A program made the translations under genes and the position numbers. Shown piece by piece: positions 7,901-15,737 of a stretch of 15,737 bases of DNA. The notes under the pieces were generated by a model that did no database searches, was not told the origin of the DNA, and saw only the letters and a program-made list of their open reading frames with translations. Within the stretch, counting starts at the first letter, position 1; every line of letters starts with the position of its first letter. Source of the DNA: Azolla caroliniana (lineage: Eukaryota > Plantae > Polypodiophyta); assembly GCA_043228905.1 (NCBI GenBank), contig JBHGNT010000784.1, positions 1-15,737 on the forward strand, in the 5' to 3' direction.

Positions 7901-10900
7901 CAGGTGTGTCCACATTTGTCGTCTCCCCCTGTCCGTGAAAAACTTCATTTGTTACATGTTGGTGAATCTTACAAATGTTATTGTCAACATTTTGTAGTTT
8001 ATTCTCTCTATGTTGTTTTAGCTCGAAGATATATTTGCCTAATTTCTTTATATCTAGAGTATCTATCTAATAGTTTGGGGAGCGTGGGAGAGGGACTGAG
8101 TATGTCTCGGTATTTTGCCCTTATCTCGGCGTAAGTTGGACACTTGCATGTAAAGTGGTACTCATCCTCTATCTCTATGTGACATAATCTATATATCCTT
8201 TCCTCTCTAGGGACTCCATTAGTATGACCATTCTCAATCTCAAGTTGGTGAGAGGATATTCTAAGTTGTCCAATGGCAACCCTTAGTGCATTTGGTAAGA
8301 ATGCATCTAGATATTTTGGTTGTGTAATAAAACCTAACTTGGAGAAGTGCATGAAGTGTTCCTTATAGTACAACATTTTAGATGGGAGTGGCTCTAGTGG
8401 GGTGATCCATTTATCCGGAGGGTAAATTTGCCATATTTCTTGGCATATTACATTATTACAGTTCTCATGAGAGATTAAAGAGTTATCAATCGCGTGGTTG
8501 TACCTAAGGGGAGGTAGGTTATTAATGTCTACACCATTTGCAAGAAGCCAACTCACCATCATGCCATACCATGAGCTAGTATAGCCGGACTCATATAGTG
8601 ATTGAGATGCCTTAAAAGTGTGATGAGATATCCTATCATGTGGTTGGCTATGTATCCTATAAATAAAGACTATAAGTTGAAAGAGTGCTTCTATTAACAT
8701 CGGGGGTAAAGTGAACTCAGCTCTAATAATGTCATGTGGTATTGTTGATTTGCTTCGGAGTTGGTGTGATAGCATCATCACCAATGGTCTCTCCAATTGT
8801 GTCCACATGAAAGATGGTAGCCTTGGAGCCCAAACCACTGATGCATACATGAGGAAGGGGGTCACTAATGAGTCGAAGAGCCACCACTTAGTTTCTCTTT
8901 AAAGTATGCCCGGTGGCATTGTCTCTCCAAGAGTGAGAGGGATGCATGTCCTCTCATAAGTCTATCCTTCGCTGCTTGTGTCATCGAAAACTTATCTGAG
9001 CGGGCACTGAAAGTGACACCGAGATATACATATGATCCAACTACCCCAATTGGGCTATGGGAGATGGTTAGGTGACACTTAGTTCTATCTTGAGCCGATG
9101 TGTGGAAGATAAGGACTTTAAATTTGCCTTGGTTCACTACCAATCCTCGTTGTTTGCAAAAGTCATCTAAGGCATTAAGGTGCCTGTGTAGGTCATGTTC
9201 GGACTCAGAGAGCAAAACTATGTCGTCTGCATAGAGCAAGATACGAACTTGCGTACCCCCAAGGACTACTCCGTTGCCTCCCTTGCGAGCAATAAAATCC
9301 GTGATCTCATCAATGTAGATCCCAAAAAGAGTCGGTGATAGGGCGCAGCCTTGCTTTACACAAATAGTGCTAGTGAAGTAATCGGATAGGCCACCTGGGC
9401 ATTGTATGCACCCTGAGTCTTGCTCATATAGTGCGTAGATGGCCCAAATCATGTCATATGGTATCTTCAAGCTTTTAAGCCTATCAAACAACTGCTCTCT
9501 AGGGACTTTGTCAAAGACTTTATAGAAGTCCACAAAACAACAGTATAATTTCTTCTTGCGAGCCTTTGTCTGGTCAATTAAGCATCTTTCAGTTTAAATA
9601 TGACCTCTTCCTGCTTTTTTGAGTGGTTATAAAGATGCGCGGTGACATCAAATCAAATGTCATTTGGATCACAGTTCTCATTAGTTGTCATGCTAATACG
9701 TGTTGTTTTGAACTGTTGTTTCTATGGAAGACAATGCCATAAATCACTTCATGCTTAATGAATTGCATCAATTTGGATGTCTTAAATTTAGGCAGCATGA
9801 GTATTTCATTTATTGGATGAGATATGCGCATACTTGTGATTTTAGAGATTCAAAATCATTTGTTTGCAACATATACATGAGGTCATGTCTCTGGCTTCTT
9901 GACTTTGAAATGAAATGCTATACTTTCTTGATGATTAAGTGCTATTTTTTCTGTTAGTAACTTCTTGGATCTCTCAACAGGTCCTTGAGTTACTGCTGAC
10001 AATATCTGGTCAGCCTCGATATAGCAAGGTATTCCTTTGGTTTTCTATGTTCCAATAATACTTTGGATGCATAAAATATTTATTGAGTGATCACATATTG
10101 GATTTTCCAGATAATTGAACACCATTTAGGAGATCTGGCTTACCACTCAATAGGCTACATGCAGATGACAAATGAGCAGGTACAATATATATTATTTAAC
10201 TGAGAGGCTCTATCAAATCCAATACAAAGCATACATACCAAATGAAATTAACTTCAATCCATTTTTATTATTATCCTAAAGTATTTGTTTTTATCACTTA
10301 GGTTGAAACATGGTCCTCAGATCCAAACGAGTTTGTTGCTGATGAGGAGGATGTAATATGCAGTTGCCGAGTGTCTGGTAAAGTTATATCTCCTGTAATT
10401 ACCTGGATGAGTTCTCTTATTTCATCTTGACATCTTCAAAGCTTCAAAGGTCTACATGGCTCTGAATCATAGTTACCAGAAGTTTTATATTTTGTAGTCT
10501 TTTGTGTTGCATTTTTGAAAGATTAAGAAATTCCTCACATGTGCACAGGCACATGCTTGTACACTCCTACATTAAAGACTCCAGTCTTAGCAATACCCCA
10601 ACTAGCTGGGCTTTATTAATTTTATAATAATATAATACAAAGTTTTCTTGAAGCATTTTAGCTTCTCAATCTCACGATATATTCGTAACAAAAGAAACAA
10701 ATCAGATCATGTTTTTTGAAACTGACATGTTGCTAGATGTACTATAATGTGGCAGAAGAATTCTATTTTAGTCCCAATAAGATTTGTCAAATTCTTGAGC
10801 ATTGCCTTTTACCTGATAAATAATCATTGTGGCAAAGTTATCTGCCACTAGTTATACAAGTTTACACAAACTTCTGTAAACTCTCAAAAATCAAGTCAGC

Positions 10901-10930
10901 CATCTATATTGAGGCAAGGACCTTGCTACT

Positions 10931-10989
<59 letters not shown>

Positions 10990-13900
10990 AGATAGATAGA
11001 TAGATTTATATGTACACACATACCATACACAACTTGCTAACCCCTGCAGGTAATCTATGAAACTTCAACTGTTTTTTAATCCTTTGACAATGAAACAAGA
11101 ACTGTATTTCGGCTAAACAAAGCAATTTATTGTTAGTAGTAGTGACTATTTAACATTTTCGATTTTAAGACGAAGCATGTTCTTTTCGATATATCTAGGT
11201 TAGAAATCCATTGAGTAATATATTCCTCCAACTGTCTGCGATATTTAGATTTTGAGACTCAAAACAATAAGATATTCATGTCCTCTCCATTATATCAGTG
11301 CATCATGGCCAATGGTCATCAGGTCCTTGGGCTATCAACACAAGAAAAAAAAAGGATTTGCAGTGCATCACATGCTTAGAAATGAGAGTTTGTAGCACAG
11401 GGAGATCAAATTTAGGAAGCATGTAATTATTCCTTGTGTGAACCTAATCAAATAATTTATGTCATTGAATGCAAATATTGTGATTTTGCCAGCATTTTTG
11501 GGAAGCCCATTCTCTAATTTTCATGGTATAAAAGTTGAACGTACATTTTCTGTGGTTTTGGATCACTTTTTTGACGATCAATTGATATTTAATGAATTAT
11601 AAATCCTTGTCGTATGAAACTTTGAGCCACTCAGTTTGCTTTGTTTAATAAAATATGGATGTAATGCTCTGTTTTTTGAAGTTAACATTTGTTGGCTCTT
11701 CAAAATTGTATAATGGTGATGTTGTCATGAAGGAATCTTACTCATAGAGGAGCTGGTGACAACTCATGGGATGGATGCCATCAAGCCTATTGTGCAATCT
11801 ATTGAAAAACGGATTTCTGATGCTACACATTGTAGAGCTATGGGAAAAGGAGATTGGTGGAAGGTATGTGTTGTTCAAGCTCATATAATTCTTGTAAAGA
11901 TATATTTGTTACTCATTTTCATTACCATTTGCCCTGCTTCTATTACAATCTCATCATCTTCCTTTGGCTAGACTGTAGTTTTGTGCTGTGAATCAATCTT
12001 TGAAATACTTGTGTCCATTTATCTACAGGTTCGTGAAGCTGCAATCCTGGCTGTTGGTACGATATCAGAATCCATAATCGAGGTTGGTAATGGTTTATTG
12101 TTATCCAAAATGCAGATGGAACTTAGGATAGAGATTGTTACATGAGCTATACTTTTAACTGCTTCATCTAGATGCTCACGCAGTTTCCGTTTTCTTTGAT
12201 CGGCAATTCAGCTGACATGCTTAATATCTCTTTATTTATACACGTATGTTTTTAAAGCTTGGTGATGAACCATTCAGTTGACAATTATATGCAAGGGAGA
12301 TTGAACCAAGGGGAATCGAAGCTCAGTCACTAGAACTTTTATTTATTAGTAGATTGTGGAATAGTGGATGTCATGCCTCATGCCTTGTGAATATCAGTCA
12401 TTTAAAGGTAGAATGTCACAGATTTCAGAGGCATTGGGTCCTGTTGAGTGCAATCCCATGCCTCACCTGCTCTAAAAAAAGGAAACGTTAATGCTTTAAT
12501 ATACACTATGCGTAGTAACGAGGACAATTGACTCATTATATATGTGGCATAGATGTAAAGAGCTCGCTGAAAGACTTGAAAATTGAATATGATCCTACTT
12601 TCTGAGTGGGGTATGAACCTCCAACTTACAGATGGTTGCTAAAATGTGAGGCCTGATTGCATTGTTTTCTTTGGATATGTGCTGTCCATCAAATTGTAAA
12701 CATTTCTGTTTGAAAGAAGTTGTATATATTAGAATCCTGAAGGAGTCCTAGCTGTTGACTCTGCTTCTTTGAAATGATATCCCCACAGGCCAGCTGCTCA
12801 TCTGTATTCAATGTAGAGGGTTTTTTGGACAACATTCTGGTAGAAGACCTCAATCCAGGTGCAAGAGCTTTCGGATAACTTGGGATCAGAATCTAGAGAG
12901 TTCTATAAAATCCTTAACAGGCTGCTTGTTATGCATTGAATGTGTTTGCAGCTGTGATGGAACATCCATTTTTGTATGGGCGTGCTTTATGGGCAGCTTC
13001 AAAGTTTTCTTCTCTTGTGAGTTACTTTCCATTGGATAATTTAAAATATGGTTTTCCATTGCTATTAAATCCTGTCTTCAAAATCGTTATCCTTATTTTA
13101 ATGTTTATAATCCCGTGTTCATGAATTTTAAATATAATAGATTAATCCAAAGAGGTGTGAGAAGTTCCTGAATGCAGCTATAGGAGGTTTGGGGCCTAGC
13201 ATGTAAGATCTGAACTCATTGTAATTTCTTAATTGTAATGGAGCTTTGAAACAAGGAATGGTCTATCTAATTACAACCACAATGAATCAAATTTAGAAGT
13301 TCAAACTGTCTTACAGGGGTCAAGCTCTCAATATAGGAAGTTCTTAGCTGTTTGTTGCATCATATTTTTCATCTAAATCTTGATGATTGCTCTTGAATGC
13401 AGCCCTGGACCGATAAAAATCAGTGCATGCCGTGCACTTCTGGAATTGCTTCCAATGTCAAAAGTCCAAGTCCCAAGAGAACACATGGAAACTGTTTTAA
13501 TTGCACTCTGCAGTTTTATGCAAGAGGTACATGATGTTATTGTAGCTGCGACCTTTGTAGAAGAGGTATGCTGTTATTGATAAAGGTGCAACTTTGGTGC
13601 AAAAGGAGTAAATATTTCTCTGCCATATATATTTGGATATCTATTGCTACTTACCTAGGCATCAGATGAGACGTTGCACCTTGCATTGGAAACTTTGCAA
13701 GCAGCAATTAAAGCAGGTATATGTAGCATTGAATGATGATTGGAAATTTATATATCATGATTTTCACAGCATTAGTATGGCTCTTCAGATGCACAAACAT
13801 CATGGATGATGGAGTCAAGGCTTTCTCCCCTTGTTTTGAATATATGGAGGCAATACATTTCTGATCCATTTGTTAGCATGGATGCGGTTGAGGTTCTAGA

Positions 13901-15737
13901 GGTAAAACACTCACATGTCATTACACTTATGGTTGTCCCGTCTAATATCTCTTATGTTGCACAGTTATCTTGACAACTATTTATTGCAGGCATTGAAAGA
14001 GACACCAGGATGTGTAGAACCTTTGGTATCAAGAGTGCTTCCATTTGTCGGCCCAGTCCTGGCTAATGTGAGTGTAATTATGCATTGGCAAGGCGGTGTC
14101 ATTTTCTACATCAAGTGCAGGCCTAACCATTCATTGGTTTTCTGCATATTTTTAAGTTGATTATACATAAATCTGAATTTGCTCTTAAGTTAACAGCCTG
14201 CAGATCAAGCACCTGGTTTGGTGGCGGGGGCACTTGATCTTTTGATAATCCTTTTGAAGGTATCAATTGATTGGTGCTGATTTTCTTTTACTAGCAGGAG
14301 ATTGATCAGCCTCCCTGGCTTATTTTGCTCAATTAATTGTCTTACAGAAATCAAATATGGAAATTGTACGAGCCATTTATAATGTAGCCTTCTATCCACT
14401 AATTGGTCTCATTCTTCAGAGTGATGATCATAGTGAACTGCAAGTAAGATCTCAAGATAAATAACATTTCTATTGGGTTCTAGACAAGATTAATTTGTGA
14501 ATTAGTTCTTAGAAAAGGTTTTGCAATTTTTTCCTTTCACTCAGAATGGTACAGAGTTTCTTGCAGTTTTTGTGCAAGAGGGTGGAGAATCCCTTCTAAA
14601 TTGGAGTGGGGATTCTAATAGTACTATGAGGATGCTGCTAGATGCTGCTGCAAGGTAGTAATACAGTTGATAACCATCATTAAATATTGATTGACAGTGA
14701 CAAAATATGTATATATTGCAGGCTTTTGAATCCAGATCTAGATAGTTCATCATCCCTATTTGTTGAACGGCTCATCACACAGTTAATTCATCAATATCCA
14801 GCACATATGGCCCCTCATCTCAAGGATTTGGTAGCTGCACTCGTAAGACGCATGGAGACTTCTGAAATAATGGGTCTAAAAAATTCTCTGATTCTCATAT
14901 TTGCCAGGCTGGTATGAGAACTGCGGATTCTGTTATCCTGAGATTGGAGTTCATTAATGTACAGTGATCTGAATAAGTTGAAATGATTTTGTAGATACAC
15001 ATGAGTGTACCAGATGTGAGCCAGCTCATCAACTTACTTATCTCCACACCTGCAAGGGATTATCCTAACTCCCTGGTCTATGTGATGTCCGAATGGACCA
15101 AGCAACAAGGTTAGTAAACATCACAATCCTCCACTTGAAATGTATGGGCACATTATTTATGTGATCTTTTGTTCAGGGGAAATGCAGGGTGCCTATCAGA
15201 TTAAAGTTACCACTACTGCTCTTGCTTTAATTTTAGCAGCAAAGCATTCAGAACTTTCCCAGATTTATGTGCAGGGTCAACTAATACAAGTTAAGGAGGC
15301 TGCATAATCTGTCAAATTATTCCAACTGCTTTCTTATTGCTGAGTTCTGAGAGAAATATCTATTTTCAGCCAACAGTTGGTGGGATTGTCACACGATCAC
15401 GGGCTAAAGGGATGACTGAACAATGGACGTCTGTGCCTCTTCCTGTTAAGGTTAGCTTTTTATGAATAGCAGTAACCCAGAGATGTTCGTCTGTGGAAAA
15501 AACTGAAGTAGTGTGCCTTATCATGCAGATTTTATCTCTATTAATACATGTCTTAGCAGAAATGCAAGAACAAGCATCTGCAGGCGTGAATGAGGTGGTG
15601 TCTATGGATCTCCTGTAATATTTGGAAACTAAATTTGGTCGTAATTTTAATAAGCAACAGATGTTAGTGTAATATTAGCTTTTTTTAATCTTTCATCACA
15701 CCTCAGGATGATGATTGGGAGGAGATTGATGAAGATG
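4789..15737 (+). CDS. IPO9: Importin-9 (karyopherin-beta family), 30 coding exons in window, 3' end beyond window
   Basis: join(4789-4900,5488-5549,5747-5836,5920-6091,6168-6283,6420-6506,6589-6705,6823-6886,6968-7110,9981-10028,10111-10179,10302-10377,11733-11863,12029-12082,12789-12858,12952-13016,13141-13202,13403-13526,13659-13716,13789-13901,13990-14067,14197-14259,14348-14443,14545-14654,14722-14911,14995-15109,15177-15289,15370-15450,15529-15594,15707->15737) gives an uninterrupted 2776-nt frame with matching phases. Motifs WLLNCL, LGLRQLAAVILKQYVKKHW (IBN_N), DWPEDWPDL, DPNEFVADEE, PFLYGR, LLNPDL, EWTKQQGEMQGAYQIKVTT and GIVTRSRAK are colinear with my recollection of plant importin-9. 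Confidence 0.95.
5488..5549 (+). CDS. IPO9: IPO9 coding exon 2
   Basis: (G)YGVALANVVLDKSLPLGLRQ, followed by U12 donor ATATCCTTT. Confidence 0.9.
5550..5746 (+). other. U12-type (minor spliceosome) AT-AC intron, IPO9 intron 2
   Basis: 5' site ATATCCTTTT at 5550, branch site TTTCCTTGAT at 5726-5735, terminal AC at 5745-5746. Removal joins LGLRQ|LAAVILKQ in frame. Confidence 0.95.
5747..5836 (+). CDS. IPO9: IPO9 coding exon 3
   Basis: LAAVILKQYVKKHWMDEDKDKPSIVSSEDK, preceded by AC acceptor. Confidence 0.9.
5920..6091 (+). CDS. IPO9: IPO9 coding exon 4
   Basis: VAIRSLLLQVLDDSHGKIRTAVGMAIASIASCDWPEDWPDL..., AG/GT flanks. Confidence 0.93.
6168..6283 (+). CDS. IPO9: IPO9 coding exon 5
   Basis: (V)NGALKCLALFSGDLDD...IVSSPH, AG/GT flanks. 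Confidence 0.92.
6420..6506 (+). CDS. IPO9: IPO9 coding exon 6
   Basis: NYGPCMRRRAFIIFHGCVSTLGIMTGIYQ. Confidence 0.9.
6589..6705 (+). CDS. IPO9: IPO9 coding exon 7
   Basis: TETRALVSPMLKAWMHQF...ENPDDWGLRME. Confidence 0.92.
6823..6886 (+). CDS. IPO9: IPO9 coding exon 8
   Basis: ALKALMQLVLNFPKLVYAEFS. Confidence 0.9.
6968..7110 (+). CDS. IPO9: IPO9 coding exon 9
   Basis: (V)ILSPLWQTFVSSLEVY...DSDGNEQSLESFCVQ. Confidence 0.92.
7665..9587 (-). mobile_element. 5'-truncated non-LTR retrotransposon (LINE, RTE-X-like) in IPO9 intron 9, antisense. ORF region given, 3' UTR probably extends below 7665
   Basis: RT motifs CCFVDFYKVFD, VKQGCALSPTLFGIYID, LLYADDIVLLS, YVYLGV. C-terminal LRISSHQLEIENGH...REERIYRLC...EDEYHFTCKCPTY...KLGKYIF. 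Frameshifts at ~8895 and 8061-8068, with no other stops seen until 7665. The RT call is secure, the clade call is from motif recall. Confidence 0.92.
9981..10028 (+). CDS. IPO9: IPO9 coding exon 10
   Basis: VLELLLTISGQPRYSK. Confidence 0.87.
10111..10179 (+). CDS. IPO9: IPO9 coding exon 11
   Basis: IIEHHLGDLAYHSIGYMQMTNEQ. Confidence 0.9.
10302..10377 (+). CDS. IPO9: IPO9 coding exon 12
   Basis: VETWSSDPNEFVADEEDVICSCRVS. Confidence 0.93.
10931..11005. repeat. Compound microsatellite (CA)12(TA)16 GAAA (GATA)3 in intron 12
   Basis: Seen directly. Confidence 0.97.
11733..11863 (+). CDS. IPO9: IPO9 coding exon 13
   Basis: (G)ILLIEELVTTHGMDAIKPIVQSIEKRI...GDWWK. Confidence 0.9.
12029..12082 (+). 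CDS. IPO9: IPO9 coding exon 14
   Basis: VREAAILAVGTISESIIE, phase-0 donor GTTGGT. Confidence 0.85.
12789..12858 (+). CDS. IPO9: IPO9 coding exon 15
   Basis: ASCSSVFNVEGFLDNILVEDLNP. Confidence 0.82.
12952..13016 (+). CDS. IPO9: IPO9 coding exon 16
   Basis: (A)VMEHPFLYGRALWAASKFSSL. Confidence 0.9.
13141..13202 (+). CDS. IPO9: IPO9 coding exon 17
   Basis: INPKRCEKFLNAAIGGLGPS. Confidence 0.87.
13403..13526 (+). CDS. IPO9: IPO9 coding exon 18
   Basis: (I)PGPIKISACRALLELLP...LCSFMQE. Confidence 0.9.
13659..13716 (+). CDS. IPO9: IPO9 coding exon 19
   Basis: ASDETLHLALETLQAAIKA. Confidence 0.92.
13789..13901 (+). CDS. IPO9: IPO9 coding exon 20
   Basis: (D)AQTSWMMESRLSPLVLNIWRQYISDPFVSMDAVEVLE. 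Confidence 0.92.
13990..14067 (+). CDS. IPO9: IPO9 coding exon 21
   Basis: ALKETPGCVEPLVSRVLPFVGPVLAN. Confidence 0.92.
14197..14259 (+). CDS. IPO9: IPO9 coding exon 22
   Basis: PADQAPGLVAGALDLLIILLK. Confidence 0.9.
14348..14443 (+). CDS. IPO9: IPO9 coding exon 23
   Basis: KSNMEIVRAIYNVAFYPLIGLILQSDDHSELQ. Confidence 0.9.
14545..14654 (+). CDS. IPO9: IPO9 coding exon 24
   Basis: NGTEFLAVFVQEGGESLLNWSGDSNSTMRMLLDAAA. Confidence 0.92.
14722..14911 (+). CDS. IPO9: IPO9 coding exon 25
   Basis: (R)LLNPDLDSSSSLFV...MAPHLKDLVAALVRRM...LILIFARL. Confidence 0.94.
14995..15109 (+). CDS. IPO9: IPO9 coding exon 26
   Basis: IHMSVPDVSQLINLL...YVMSEWTKQQ. Confidence 0.92.
15177..15289 (+). CDS. IPO9: IPO9 coding exon 27
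   Basis: (G)EMQGAYQIKVTTTALALILAAKHSELSQIYVQGQLIQ. Confidence 0.92.
15370..15450 (+). CDS. IPO9: IPO9 coding exon 28
   Basis: PTVGGIVTRSRAKGMTEQWTSVPLPVK. Confidence 0.9.
15529..15594 (+). CDS. IPO9: IPO9 coding exon 29
   Basis: ILSLLIHVLAEMQEQASAGVNE. Confidence 0.88.
15707..15737 (+). CDS. IPO9: IPO9 coding exon 30 (partial), start of acidic loop
   Basis: DDDWEEIDED after CTCAG acceptor, truncated by window end. Confidence 0.87.

Noticed and set aside
10029-10038. Intron 10 donor GTATTCCTTT resembling U12 GTATCCTTT
   Set aside because: The extra T disrupts the invariant +5/+6 CC, and there is no U12 branch site near the acceptor at 10110.
12083-12092. Alternative donor G|GTAATG at 12087 for exon 14
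   Set aside because: Phase 1 is incompatible with the acceptors at 12788 or 12793 and would shift the frame.
12262-12625. Possible C/D snoRNA (GTGATGA at ~12262) or tRNA-derived SINE B-box-like motifs on - strand in intron 14
   Set aside because: No CTGA box at a suitable distance, no terminal stem, no A-box or cloverleaf that I can fold. An Infernal/Rfam scan would be needed.
14205-15000. Minus-strand ORFs 14205-14399, 14541-14753, 14815-15000
   Set aside because: Short antisense shadows of IPO9 exons and introns, with no independent coding signal.

Overview
This is eukaryotic land-plant nuclear DNA. A non-seed plant such as a fern is my inference from the TE content and protein divergence. 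Bases 4789-15737 hold the first 30 coding exons (~925 codons, gene runs off the window) of an importin-9 (IPO9) gene on the + strand, reconstructed exon by exon with consistent splice phases. Intron 2 (5550-5746) is a minor-spliceosome (U12-type) AT-AC intron. Intron 9 carries a 5'-truncated antisense LINE with an RTE-X-like C-terminus, whose ORF (9587->7665) is broken by only two frameshifts. Upstream lie a 112/115-bp tandem array (1-461), a decayed L1-type LINE 3' end (zf-RVT), a degenerate ~150-175-bp higher-order repeat block, and a promoter/leader region with an (ATGTGC)6 tract, a palindromic double E2F-like site, CTT/CCT microsatellites, a telo-box and a probable leader intron. I see no evidence for a wholly new biological system. 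The most notable items are the AT-AC intron, the intronic RTE-X-like LINE with an extended C-terminus, and the promoter palindrome.
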